A stretch of 64,000 nucleotides of DNA, from assembly GCA_031268215.1 (NCBI GenBank), contig JAIRXP010000027.1:15529-79528 (forward strand), in the 5' to 3' direction. Made by a program: the position numbers and the translations under genes. Numbering within the stretch: the stretch's first letter is position 1; each line of letters begins with the position of its first letter. The notes under the pieces were generated by a model. That model searched no databases. It worked only from the letters and a program-made list of their open reading frames with translations, and was not told the DNA's origin. Shown piece by piece: positions 47,511 to 56,887 of this stretch. Origin of the DNA: Bifidobacteriaceae bacterium (GTDB lineage: Bacteria > Actinomycetota > Actinomycetes > Actinomycetales > WQXJ01).

Positions 47511-48782
47511 ATGATTGGGCTGTGGGCCGTGTTCCTGGCTCTGCAACTGGCCGGGGCACTGGTACCAGACAAAGCGGTAGCCCAGGGCGTGGTCAAGTCC
47601 CTCGACGCCGGTCTGGAATTGACCGAACCCGCCGAGAAGCTCCTAGGCGGCCCTTATGACCGCACGACTGACTGCGTGGCTATTGGGACCGGGATGGCCT
47701 GGGAGTCGGTGTCGCTGTGGGACAGGGTGGCCAAGGTTCCTCGCATTGGCAATTGCCGCGGAATGGAAGAACGGCTGCGGGCTCTGTCCGAGGATCACCT
47801 GGAGGGGATCGACGATAGGGCGTACTACCTCCGTTACTGGGGCGGTTACACGTCAGTTTTCCGTCCAGCGTTGGCGTTGTGGGGGCCGGCCGGGATGGCG
47901 GCCGTAGCGGGGGCGGCGCTGGCCGTTGGCCTGCTGGCCATGTGGTTTGCCCTAGGGCGCGCATTGACGCCCTTGGGGGCAGCGGCATTCACGCTGCCGG
48001 TGTTGATCAGTACCGATGCGCTGGTCCTACCGGCGGGCTCCCAGGTTCACGCGCTGGCCTTGGGCATAGCATTCTTGGGTTTGGCGGCCGTCAGCCTGTC
48101 CGTGCGGCGCGGTCTGGGGGCGATGACCCTGGCGGCGGTCGGGTCTGGAGCTGTCCTGAACTACTTCGATTTGATCAACGTCGCGCCGTTGGCCTGGGTC
48201 TTGACCGGGGCGACCGGCGGTCTGGTGGCTCTCTACCAGCAGGGCCGGACGGGGCGGGTGGCTAAGGCGACGGCCTTGGCCTCGGCGGGCTGGATGGCCG
48301 GCTACGCCGGGGCGTTCGTTGAGCGTTGGATCACGGCCGCCTTGGCCGCTGGCCCGCGCGCCGTCTGGAAACAAGTAGTGGAGTTGGTCGGCATTCGTTC
48401 CGGGCTTTCCGGCCAAGAGGCTTATTCGACCGTAAAGCGGGACCTCGGGTTACCTACCTGGTTGAATCTGCGTGCCTTCTTCGATTTGCCGCTGGGCTGG
48501 CTAGTCGCCGTTGCCACGCTTGTGGCAGTGGTGGCGTTCTTGGCGTTGGCGGTTCGCAGGCGGGGACTGGCTGCGCTGGGTCGCTATGGCGCATTTGTCT
48601 GGGTAGGCCTGCTGGCGCCATTTTGGTTCGAAGTCATGTCGAACCACTCGCAAATCCACGCTTGGTTCACTTTCCGGGCAGTCGCTGGTTCGCTGGCGGC
48701 GGCCTTGGCTGGGGCTGTTGTCCTGTGGTTATGGTCGCGGGTTCCCGCCGATGCCGTTGGGTCGGTTCAGGAAACCGGGTAG
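47511..48782 (+). CDS. Polytopic integral membrane protein; hypothetical (possibly a GT-C-like glycosyltransferase)
   Basis: More than 10 hydrophobic segments and no motif I can assign. The ORF opens at 47403 directly after the leuS stop, but its first 36 codons are a W/R-rich translation of short DNA repeats. Confidence 0.6.
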   Translation: MIGLWAVFLALQLAGALVPDKAVAQGVVKSLDAGLELTEPAEKLLGGPYDRTTDCVAIGTGMAWESVSLWDRVAKVPRIGNCRGMEERLRALSEDHLEGIDDRAYYLRYWGGYTSVFRPALALWGPAGMAAVAGAALAVGLLAMWFALGRALTPLGAAAFTLPVLISTDALVLPAGSQVHALALGIAFLGLAAVSLSVRRGLGAMTLAAVGSGAVLNYFDLINVAPLAWVLTGATGGLVALYQQGRTGRVAKATALASAGWMAGYAGAFVERWITAALAAGPRAVWKQVVELVGIRSGLSGQEAYSTVKRDLGLPTWLNLRAFFDLPLGWLVAVATLVAVVAFLALAVRRRGLAALGRYGAFVWVGLLAPFWFEVMSNHSQIHAWFTFRAVAGSLAAALAGAVVLWLWSRVPADAVGSVQETG

Positions 48783-48989
48783 AGGTAATCCCCGGGGTGG
48801 GCTTAGTCAGCCCGGTGATGTGGTCAAGTACCGCCGGGGTGGGCGGCCGGCTGGAGGCTAACCGAGTGGCTTGCTGGAGAACAACACGGGCTATGGTGAT
48901 CAATTCACTGATGTCGATGCCTTGACCGATCAGGTCAATAGACGGATTATCACGCATGGCCTATTGTCCGGGTTTGTCCCGTTTAGTGA

Positions 48990-49022
48990 GGGGAGGCGAC
49001 GCATTGGCGTCGCCTCCCCTTT
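48990..49022 (+). terminator. Strong intrinsic-terminator-like hairpin
   Basis: GGGGAGGCGACGC-attg-GCGTCGCCTCCCC is a 13-bp perfect stem followed by TTTGCGGTT. It lies 208 nt after the nearest plus-strand stop. Confidence 0.6.
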
Positions 49023-49026
49023 GCGG

Positions 49027-49205
49027 TTAATCCCCGTAACTGGAGTAGGTGGCTTCTTGCCAACCCGAACGAGCAATACCATCAGCGGTCCAGGTATCAA
49101 TCCCTGCAGCTGGAGTAACTGGTTTCTTACGTACCCTAACAACGAGCACGAGGCATTCTACGGTTATCAATCCCCGTAACTGGAGTACCTGGTTCCTTAC
49201 CCTAC
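49027..49205. repeat. Degenerate tandem repeat, period 70 bp, about 2.5 units
   Basis: The core (T)CAATCCCCGTAACTGGAGTAnnTGGTTYCTTAC occurs at 49029, 49099 and 49169. The segments between cores are also related (acccgaacgagca versus accctaacaacgagca; gaggcattct versus aaggcatttt). Confidence 0.85.
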
Positions 49206-49514
49206 CCCGGGTTTGGGCCTCCTGACAAGGCATTTTGCAGGCCACGTACACACTCGCGGCCAAGAGCTGCCTCGCACCGGTTCGCGCCACACCCAGTTTG
49301 ATGCGTTTGCGCTGATCAGGGGCTATGCACACTTCAGGCCAATCCGGGCCGGCCGGGTTGACCCTTTGCCTGGGAGCACCGCCACTCCCCGAGGCGTTGC
49401 ACTTCCACTCAGAACTCGGGTCCGGAGCCGGCGGGGGACATTAGTACTCCCGCTGATCCACAGGGCGAATCAGTTATGAGTGCCCGGGCCATTCAGCCGG
49501 CTTAGCGTTGGGGG

Positions 49515-50303
49515 ATGGCCGGTCCCGGGGAGCAACCGCTTGGTTCGCCGGATGACGTGCTCGCCAGGTTGCGCTTGCGGTCCCAGCTAGGGGCGGCCGA
49601 AGCCCGGCGCCCGCAAGGCGGAGCACATGCCAGGCCCCGGTTCCGGCTGGCGGTGAACCGTTGGGCGGTTGTTGGGGTCGCCGTGGCCCTGATCATGGCG
49701 GCGGCGGCGCTGGCGGTGCCGTCGCTGATGGCTGCCTCAGGTAAGGAAACTGATCCGGCGGCCTTTGGCGCCACCTCGCCGCCGGTCGTTTGGGAGAGCC
49801 CATCTGCTCCCGACCAGGCAAGCGCCAGCGCCGCGGATGGCGGCGGCGATGGCGAACTGGTAGTTCACGTGGCTGGAGCCGTGGCAAATCCTGGCGTGTT
49901 TCTGTTCAAAGACGGAGCCCGGGTGATCGATGCCGTCGACCGGGCCGGGGGAGCCAGCGCCGATGCCGACTTGGCCGCTCTCAACCTGGCGGCCCGTCTG
50001 AGTGACGGAGAACGGATCTATGTACCCCGGCCGGGTGAGACCCCGCCGCCGGTAATCAATTCGGGCGGTGGCGACAGTGGCGGCTCGGCGGGCGGTGGGG
50101 CAAGCACCGGCGGCAAGATCAACGTCAACCAGGCGAGTGCCGCGGAACTGACCGCGTTGCCTGGAGTTGGCCCGGTCCTGGCCCAGCGGATCGTTGATTT
50201 CCGAGAAACGAATGGCCCCTTCGGCAAACTGAATGATCTGGCTGAGGTCAGCGGAATTGGACCAAAGGTGCTGGCTGGATTGGCCGATTCGGTGGACTTT
50301 TGA
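49515..50303 (+). CDS. comEA: ComEA-family DNA-binding competence protein (SLBB plus helix-hairpin-helix)
   Basis: N-terminal TM, VHVAGAVANPGV.. (SLBB) and INVNQASAAELTALPGVGPVLAQRIVDFRETNGPF (HhH). Confidence 0.88.
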   Translation: MAGPGEQPLGSPDDVLARLRLRSQLGAAEARRPQGGAHARPRFRLAVNRWAVVGVAVALIMAAAALAVPSLMAASGKETDPAAFGATSPPVVWESPSAPDQASASAADGGGDGELVVHVAGAVANPGVFLFKDGARVIDAVDRAGGASADADLAALNLAARLSDGERIYVPRPGETPPPVINSGGGDSGGSAGGGASTGGKINVNQASAAELTALPGVGPVLAQRIVDFRETNGPFGKLNDLAEVSGIGPKVLAGLADSVDF

Positions 50304-52738
50304 TGAGTCCCGCCATTGACTTGCGCCTGGCGCTGCCAGCGGCTTGCGCTTGGACCATCCTGGCCATATCCCTGGCGTGGCCGCCAGCGTTGCTGGCAGG
50401 GGCCGGCGTGGTGGCAGTTGGGGCAGCGGGAGCCGTGTGGTGGCGTTCCGCTAGCCATCAGGCGGGCTGGGCGGTGGTGGCGGTACTGGTGCTGATCGTG
50501 ACTGGCGTGGTGCTGGCTAATGCTGGGGCCCGGGCGTTGCTCTGGCAGCGGACCGAGCTAGCCCAGGCGGCGGCGGCCGGCCAGCGCGTGGACCTGGTCT
50601 TGAGGATGGACCAACCGGCCAAGGTTCGTGATTCGCCATGGGGAGGGGACCAGTCGGTCGCCGCCGTGGGCGTGGCCTGGCCGGATGGGAATCAGACCGG
50701 GGCTGGCGTGCCAACCGTGGCCTACTTTGATGCCGGCGCCGTTGAGTCGGGGGTGGATGAGCTGCCCGGTGGCGGGATCCCCGCGGCGGGAGCGGTGCTG
50801 CGTTTGCGCGCCCGTCTGTCGTCGGGGGAGCGGGCGGCACCCGAGCGGGTGGCGGCGCGGGTGGTTGGCGCCGTCCAGGCGGCTCGGCCAACCGGTTGGC
50901 GTGGGGCTATCTATGACCTGAGGACGGGATTCGCTGGCCGCGCTAGTCCGCTGCTGGAGGGCATTGGCGTGGGCAATACCAGTCGGATTGATACGGGCCT
51001 GGATGGGGACCTGAAGGCTACGTCTTTGACCCACATCACCGCGGTCTCCGGTGCTCATGTGGCGATTGTGCTGGGTGCTGTGCTGGGGCTGGCGGCAATG
51101 GCCAGGTTCCCGCGCTGGGCCATGGCGGGAGTTGGTGCTGCAACGCTGGCTGGATTCGTGGCGCTGATTGGGCCCGGCCCGTCAGTTTGGCGCGCGGTAC
51201 TGATGGGCCTGGTGGGATTGGCCGGAATCGCCTCCGGCAAGACACGCCTGGCTCTGGGCGCCCTGGCGGCGGCGGTGCTGGGAGTTCTGCTGGCGGATCC
51301 TTGGCTGGCCCGCTCCTATGGGTTGGTGCTGTCAGCGTTGGCGACAGCGGCGTTGATTGTCCTGGCGCCACCAGCGGCTTTGGCGCTCCGGAGGCGCTGG
51401 CCGCGCCTGCCTGCCGCGCTGGCGGAAGCGGTGGCGCTGACTGGATCAGCCCAGCTCTTGTGCGCGCCGGTGATCGTGATCTTCTCTGGCCAGCTTTCGC
51501 TGACCGCTCTGCCAGCTAACATCTTAGCCGGTCCGGCCGTGCCGGTAGCTACCATCGCCGCGATGGTTTCGGTGCTGGCGGGACCGTGGTCAAGCGTCTT
51601 GGCGGACGCCGCCGTGGCGGTAGGCAATGCCGCCGCCGGCTACATAGGCTGGGTTGCCACCTGGGTCGGGAGCTGGCCGCTGGCGGCCATCAAGTGGCCG
51701 GCCGGTTCCGGCGGATTCGCGCTGGCGGTTACGGCGACGGCGGGTGTGGCACTGTCTGTTTGGTGGTTGCGGCGGCGTGGGCGGCTGGTCCGGGGGCTGG
51801 CTATTGGGCTGGTGGTGATTGTCTCCTTGGCGGCGGGCCCGGGACGGGAACCGCTGCGCCGGGCTCTGGGCCAGGGACCGCCGGATGATTGGGTGGCAGC
51901 GGTTTGTGATGTTGGGCAGGGAACGGCCGTCGTGGTGCGCTCCGGCCCTGATGCGGCGGTGCTGATTGACGCGGGGCCTGAATCGGGCGGCGTGGACGGA
52001 TGCCTGGAGCGGCTGGGGGTTGGTCGCCTGGACCTGGTGTTGCTGACCCATTTCCATGCTGACCACGTCGGTGGCCTGGAAGAAGCACTCAAGGGCCGCC
52101 AGATTGGCGAACTGGTTTACGGGCCTTCCTGCGGCCAGGACTCTGGGCGTCCATTGTCTGCCGCCAAACGAGCGGGCGCCACGCTGCGGCCAGTAGATGG
52201 CGTGGAGCCGGTGGCGGGCCGGGCCGGAATGGCCAAAGTAACGATCTATCCCTCGCCGTTGACGCGGCTATGCCCCGAGGGCCCCGGTAAGGGCGAAGAC
52301 CGGGCCGTGAACGATGCCGGTCTGGCGGTGATGCTAGAAACCTCCGGCATGGCCATTTGGGCCTTGGGCGATCTAGAGGAACCTGGCCAGGATGCTTTGG
52401 TAGCTTCATTGCTCCAAGCAGGCGCGGCAGGCGGCCCGGGCACCGCGAGTGCGGCAGAGGTGCCGGGTACCCCGGGCATGCCGAGTGGGGCGGGTACCCC
52501 CGTCCCCGCGGGCGCTCCGGACCAGCTACGCGGTGGCGTGGTCGTGGTGGCGCATCACGGATCCGCCAGCCAATCGGCCGCGCTGGCTGAGTCGTTGGCG
52601 CCCCAAATGGCGGTCATGAGCGCTGGACGGGACAACTCCTATGGGCATCCCTCGCGGGCGGCGCTGGACCTCTACGCGCGATTTGGCCAGGTCAGGCGCA
52701 CAGACCAGGAAGGCACGGTTATCGTCCGCCCGCAATGA
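50300..52738 (+). CDS. comEC: ComEC/Rec2 DNA internalisation channel with metallo-beta-lactamase domain
   Basis: Polytopic competence domain (THITAVSGAHVAIV) and the C-terminal MBL motif LLTHFHADHVGG. 4-nt overlap with comEA. Confidence 0.9.
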   Translation: MMSPAIDLRLALPAACAWTILAISLAWPPALLAGAGVVAVGAAGAVWWRSASHQAGWAVVAVLVLIVTGVVLANAGARALLWQRTELAQAAAAGQRVDLVLRMDQPAKVRDSPWGGDQSVAAVGVAWPDGNQTGAGVPTVAYFDAGAVESGVDELPGGGIPAAGAVLRLRARLSSGERAAPERVAARVVGAVQAARPTGWRGAIYDLRTGFAGRASPLLEGIGVGNTSRIDTGLDGDLKATSLTHITAVSGAHVAIVLGAVLGLAAMARFPRWAMAGVGAATLAGFVALIGPGPSVWRAVLMGLVGLAGIASGKTRLALGALAAAVLGVLLADPWLARSYGLVLSALATAALIVLAPPAALALRRRWPRLPAALAEAVALTGSAQLLCAPVIVIFSGQLSLTALPANILAGPAVPVATIAAMVSVLAGPWSSVLADAAVAVGNAAAGYIGWVATWVGSWPLAAIKWPAGSGGFALAVTATAGVALSVWWLRRRGRLVRGLAIGLVVIVSLAAGPGREPLRRALGQGPPDDWVAAVCDVGQGTAVVVRSGPDAAVLIDAGPESGGVDGCLERLGVGRLDLVLLTHFHADHVGGLEEALKGRQIGELVYGPSCGQDSGRPLSAAKRAGATLRPVDGVEPVAGRAGMAKVTIYPSPLTRLCPEGPGKGEDRAVNDAGLAVMLETSGMAIWALGDLEEPGQDALVASLLQAGAAGGPGTASAAEVPGTPGMPSGAGTPVPAGAPDQLRGGVVVVAHHGSASQSAALAESLAPQMAVMSAGRDNSYGHPSRAALDLYARFGQVRRTDQEGTVIVRPQ

Positions 52739-52791
52739 GCCTGCGGCGCGCTTGGGTCGGTGTAACCCGCCCAGGCGATTAGCCTGGACTC

Positions 52792-54003
52792 ATGGCACAA
52801 ACAAGACTGCGGGTTGACCTGCTGACAAGGGAATACCCGCCGCATGTCTATGGCGGTGCCGGTGTGCACGTGGCCGAGCTGGCGAAGGTACTGCGGGGGT
52901 TAGTCGACGTGGAAGTGCTGGCGTTCGACGGCCCCCGCGAGGAGCCAGGCGTGATTGGTTACTCCAGCCCGCCGGCTGGGGTGTATTCCAATCCGGCGCT
53001 GGCCACCTTTGACGTGGATCTGAAAATGGCGGGCGCCGCCGCCAACGCTGACCTGATCCACTCACACACCTGGTACGCCAATTTGGGTGGCCATTTGGGC
53101 TCCCTCCTAGGAGGCGTTCCCCATGTCCTGTCAGCTCATTCGCTGGAGCCGTTGCGGCCCTGGAAGGCCGAACAATTAGGCGGTGGCTACGCGCTGTCGT
53201 CTTGGGCGGAACGGACAGCTTACGAAGGCGCGGCGGGAGTGATCGCGGTCAGCGCTGGAATGCGTCGCGACATCCTCAGGGTGTACCCGTTTGTTGATCC
53301 AGACCGGGTTGATGTGGTTCACAACGGGATTGATCTTGACAAATGGCGACCCCGGCGAGACGCGGGCGCGGAGGCGATAGTGCGGCAGCACGGCATCGAC
53401 CCAGAAAAACCGACTGTGGTGTTCGTTGGCCGGATCACCCGCCAGAAGGGCTTGCCCTATTTCTTGCGGGCTGTCCGCCACCTCGAAGCTGGTGTCCAGG
53501 TGGTCTTGGCGGCGGGAGCTCCGGACACGCCGCAAATCGCCGCCGAGGTCCGCGGCCTGGTTGAGGAACTAAGCCGGGAACGTCAAGGGATCACTTGGAT
53601 CGATCAGATGCTTCCCCAAAAGGAACTCGACGCGATCTTGTCGCACGCCTCGGTGTTCGCCTGCCCGTCCATCTATGAACCGCTGGGGATTGTCAATCTG
53701 GAGGCGATGGCTTGCGGCGTGCCGGTGGTCGCTACCGCTACTGGCGGCATTCCCGAGGTGGTTGAAGATGGGGTGACCGGCTGGCTGGTGCCAATTGAAC
53801 AAGCCAGTGACGGAACCGGGACGCCCCTGGACCCGGAGAGGTTCATCACTGCCATGGCGGCAGCGCTGAACCAGGCCTTGGCTGACCCAACACGGCTGGC
53901 GGCCTTCGGGGCGGCATCGCGCCGGCGAGTGGAGGAGCATTTTTCCTGGCAAGCTATTGGTGAGCGAACGGTTGAGGTCTACCGGAAGGTGCTGGAACGG
54001 TGA
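52792..54003 (+). CDS. glgA: Glycogen synthase, Corynebacterium/actinobacterial GT4 type
   Basis: LTREYPPHVYGGAGVHV N-terminus, then FVGRITRQKG and PSIYEPLGIVNLEAMACGVPVVATATGGIPEVV. Confidence 0.8.
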   Translation: MAQTRLRVDLLTREYPPHVYGGAGVHVAELAKVLRGLVDVEVLAFDGPREEPGVIGYSSPPAGVYSNPALATFDVDLKMAGAAANADLIHSHTWYANLGGHLGSLLGGVPHVLSAHSLEPLRPWKAEQLGGGYALSSWAERTAYEGAAGVIAVSAGMRRDILRVYPFVDPDRVDVVHNGIDLDKWRPRRDAGAEAIVRQHGIDPEKPTVVFVGRITRQKGLPYFLRAVRHLEAGVQVVLAAGAPDTPQIAAEVRGLVEELSRERQGITWIDQMLPQKELDAILSHASVFACPSIYEPLGIVNLEAMACGVPVVATATGGIPEVVEDGVTGWLVPIEQASDGTGTPLDPERFITAMAAALNQALADPTRLAAFGAASRRRVEEHFSWQAIGERTVEVYRKVLER

Positions 54004-54788
54004 CCAACGAAGTGCTGCGGCTGGAAGATGTGCGGCTGACAAGGGGCCCCAAGACCATCTTGGACGGGGTGAACTGGACGGTCCAAGAGGGCCAACATTG
54101 GGTCATGCTGGGGCCCAACGGTGCTGGTAAGACAACCGTGCTGCAGATCGCGGCGACTCGCCTGTTCCCAACCAGCGGGCGGGCCTGGGTGTTGGGGCAC
54201 CAGCTAGGGAAGGTGGACGTATTTGAGTTACGGTCAAGAGTTGGGTTGGCTTCAGCCGCTTTGGCCGGTCGGATACCCCCTGGAGAGTCTGTGTCCGATG
54301 CCGTCGTGACCGGTGCGTACGGAGTTACCGGGCGGTGGCGGGAGACTTATGACGCCAGTGACCAATCCCGGGCCCGTGACTTGATGGCGGCCTTTGGAGT
54401 GTTTGAACTGGCGGACCGGTCGTTTGGCACCCTGTCAGAGGGTGAACGCAAGCGGGTGCAGATTGCCCGGGCGTTGATGTCGGATCCTGAAGTGTTGCTG
54501 CTAGATGAGCCGTCAGCCGGTCTTGATCTGGGTGGGCGCGAAGAGTTGGTTAGCGCCCTGTCGGAGATGGCGGGGGACCGGCGGGCGCCAGTAATGCTGC
54601 TGGTCACGCACCACTTAGAAGAGATCCCACCAGGTTTCACTCATGCCGCGCTGATGGCCGGTGGCCGTCTGACGGCCGCTGGTGAACTGGCAACTACCTT
54701 GACGGATGCCAACCTGACGGACGCCTTCGGAATGCCGTTGCGAGTAATCCCCAATGGCCCGAGGTGGACGGCGGTGTCAACCCGCTAA
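54000..54788 (+). CDS. Stand-alone ABC-type ATPase (ModF/YlmA-like)
   Basis: GPNGAGKTT, LSEGERKRVQIARAL and LLLDEPSAGLD. GTGA overlap with glgA, and there is no adjacent permease. Confidence 0.8.
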   Translation: MTNEVLRLEDVRLTRGPKTILDGVNWTVQEGQHWVMLGPNGAGKTTVLQIAATRLFPTSGRAWVLGHQLGKVDVFELRSRVGLASAALAGRIPPGESVSDAVVTGAYGVTGRWRETYDASDQSRARDLMAAFGVFELADRSFGTLSEGERKRVQIARALMSDPEVLLLDEPSAGLDLGGREELVSALSEMAGDRRAPVMLLVTHHLEEIPPGFTHAALMAGGRLTAAGELATTLTDANLTDAFGMPLRVIPNGPRWTAVSTR

Positions 54789-54899
54789 CCTAGAAGGACC
54801 CCACAAGAGCTTCGCCCCGCGCTACGCGGCGGCCGGATCTTTGGCGGGGCCCACGAAGAACTGGCCTGTTTGCGAAACAACGAGGGAAAGGCTTGACCA

Positions 54900-55349
54900 A
54901 TGGAGGATTTGCTGTGGTTGTGGTGGCTGATTGGGGCGTTGGGCCTGGGCGTGGTCGAGATGATGACTGTCGACTTCACCTTTCTGATGCTCTCCGTGGG
55001 GGCGCTGGCGGCCACGGGCGCGGCGGCGTTGCACGCACCTTGGTGGGTGACGATCATCGTTTTCGCGGTCGTGTCCATAGTGATGCTGGCTACCGTCAGG
55101 CCCTTGCTGTTGCGTTTCCTTAAGGTTAAGGCTGACACTCGGCCAATCAGCGGGGCGGCGGCCTTGGTTGGGCGTTCGGCTGAGGCGATCACCGTGATCG
55201 ATGAGCGCGGCGGCCGTGCGAAGATTGGTGGTGATGTCTGGACCGCCCGGATTGAAGGCGAGGGCGTGGTACCGGCCGGTACCGAACTGGTTGTCATTGC
55301 TATAGATGGCGCCACCGCGGTGGTAGCCCCAATGTATGAGGAAGGTTGA
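54900..55349 (+). CDS. NfeD-family membrane protein (partner of SPFH protein)
   Basis: Three TM segments plus a C-terminal OB-like GGDVWTARIEG..G..L.V..IDG.T..V motif. Confidence 0.85.
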   Translation: MEDLLWLWWLIGALGLGVVEMMTVDFTFLMLSVGALAATGAAALHAPWWVTIIVFAVVSIVMLATVRPLLLRFLKVKADTRPISGAAALVGRSAEAITVIDERGGRAKIGGDVWTARIEGEGVVPAGTELVVIAIDGATAVVAPMYEEG

Positions 55350-55353
55350 AACC

Positions 55354-56541
55354 ATGACCGAAGTAACCGAAGGAATGACTCCTGGTACTGGCGTGCTGTT
55401 GCTATTCGCCGTTGCCGTGGTGGTCTTCGCGGTAGTTGTCCTGAGGAAGTCGATCCGGATAGTGCCGCAGGCCCAGGCCTGGTTGGTCGAACGACTCGGG
55501 CGGTATCAGCGCACCCTGTCCGCCGGCATCCACCTGCTAATCCCATTCGTGGACAAGGTGCGCGCCAACGTGGACCTGCGCGAGCAGGTCGTGTCTTTCC
55601 CGCCGCAGCCAGTCATCACGTCTGACAACCTGGTGGTCTCAATCGACACGGTGATTTACTTCCAGGTCACGAACCCGGTGGCGGCGGTCTACGAGATCGC
55701 GAACTACATCCAGGGCATCGAGCAGCTGACGGTTACCACCTTGCGTAACGTGATCGGTTCGATGGACTTGGAACAAACGTTGACCAGCCGGGACCAGATC
55801 AACGGCCAGTTGCGCGGCGTCCTGGATGAGGCCACCGGCCGCTGGGGGATCAGCGTCCGGCGGGTGGAGCTCAAAGCGATCGACCCGCCTTCTTCGGTCC
55901 AGGATTCAATGGAGAAGCAAATGCGGGCCGAACGCGACCGCCGCGCTGCCATCTTGACGGCCGAGGGCATCAAGCAGTCGCAGATTCTGAAGGCCGAGGG
56001 CGAGAAGCAGGCCGCTATTCTGACCGCCGAGGGCCAGGCCCAGGCTTCGATCTTGAAGGCCCAAGGCGATTCACGGGCTATTTTGCAGGTCTTTGACGCT
56101 ATCCATGAGGGCGACGCGGATCCAAAGCTGCTGGCCTACCAGTACTTGCAAATGCTTCCGCAACTGGCCCAGGGGCCCAGCTCGAAGCTGTGGATCATCC
56201 CGGCCGAGTTCACCGAGGCGCTGGCCGGCATGGGCAAAGCCTTTGGGCCAGCCGAAGGTGGCAAGACGCCCCGGCAACCGAATGCTGCCACCCGGGCTTT
56301 GGCGTCGATGGCGTTTGGTGAGGTTTCCCTGGAAGATCCGGCGGAGGCTCTGCGGCGTGCCCGGGGAGCTGCCGATGCCGCCACCACAGACGCCAGCCAG
56401 GCGGGCACGGGCACCGGGTTGCCGTTCAATCCTGCTCAGGCGGCTGGCCAAGCGCCAAGCGCGCCTCGTCATGCGGATGCCCCGCCAATCCCGCCGCGTC
56501 CGGCGCCTGGGGAGGGACCAACCTCAGACGGCCCATACTGA
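55354..56541 (+). CDS. SPFH/band-7 (stomatin/QmcA-like) protein with Ala/Pro-rich tail
   Basis: IRIVPQAQAWLVERLGRYQRTL, ITSDNLVVSIDTVIYFQV and a coiled-coil AEGEKQAAILTAEGQAQA. GAGGAAGG lies 8 nt before the ATG at 55354. Confidence 0.9.
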   Translation: MTEVTEGMTPGTGVLLLFAVAVVVFAVVVLRKSIRIVPQAQAWLVERLGRYQRTLSAGIHLLIPFVDKVRANVDLREQVVSFPPQPVITSDNLVVSIDTVIYFQVTNPVAAVYEIANYIQGIEQLTVTTLRNVIGSMDLEQTLTSRDQINGQLRGVLDEATGRWGISVRRVELKAIDPPSSVQDSMEKQMRAERDRRAAILTAEGIKQSQILKAEGEKQAAILTAEGQAQASILKAQGDSRAILQVFDAIHEGDADPKLLAYQYLQMLPQLAQGPSSKLWIIPAEFTEALAGMGKAFGPAEGGKTPRQPNAATRALASMAFGEVSLEDPAEALRRARGAADAATTDASQAGTGTGLPFNPAQAAGQAPSAPRHADAPPIPPRPAPGEGPTSDGPY

Positions 56542-56731
56542 GGAGCCCTAGCAAGGAACGGGCTGTCCAATAGCTCAACGTTTCTCGCAAGTCCCTCCTC
56601 GGGGGTCTGCCCCATGAACAGGCGCGGCTTTGGAGGGGAGTGACTCTCCACCTCAGCCCGACACGCCGGACGGGCCATGGATGACGGGGAGACCACGTGG
56701 CCACCCACAAGGATGCTCCATGGCCCGCGAC

Positions 56732-56887
56732 TGTCACGATTGGTGTCTTTTCTGCAACAGGGTCGGTGGCCAGTGTCACGGTTGGTGTCTTTCTTGAATT
56801 GGCGCCCACGGGAGGGCAGGTCGATGACCTGGCCTTTCAATTGGTGTCGGGTCGAGTCATCAAGGAAGAAAGACACCAAACGTTGCA
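56732..56887. repeat. Cluster of a ~22-nt motif TGTCACG(A/G)TTGGTGTCTTT(T/C)CT: two direct copies, one inverted, one partial
   Basis: Copies lie at 56732-56753, 56774-56795 and 56866-56887 (inverted; its 18-nt core matches copy 2 at 17 of 18 positions). A partial TTGGTGTC lies at 56841-56848. Confidence 0.85.

Noticed and set aside
48667-48957. A 96-aa minus-strand ORF (MRDNPSIDLIGQGIDISELITIARVVLQQATRL...) in the comEA-upstream gap.
   Set aside because: It has no Shine-Dalgarno sequence, low GC3 in its first third, then runs 115 nt into the convergent membrane-protein gene as Pro/Thr-rich sequence. The overlapping plus-strand ORF 48871-49179 would read through a 13-bp terminator hairpin. 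Neither is credible without expression data.
49027-49205. A three-repeat CRISPR-like array (34-nt cores spaced 70 bp apart).
   Set aside because: The putative spacers are homologous to each other (acccgaacgagca versus accctaacaacgagca; gaggcattct versus aaggcatttt). The cores differ at several positions, there are only ~2.5 units, and no cas genes are in the window. It behaves as a degenerate 70-bp tandem repeat.
54785-55546. A long minus-strand ORF (253 aa) opposite the NfeD and SPFH genes.
   Set aside because: The plus-strand genes have clear family motifs. The antisense ORF is Ala/Arg/Pro/Ser-rich low-complexity sequence typical of high-GC antisense frames. The same reasoning applies to 5521-6273(-), 11683-12534(-), 45000-45881(-), 23024-23641(-) and 25154-25735(-).
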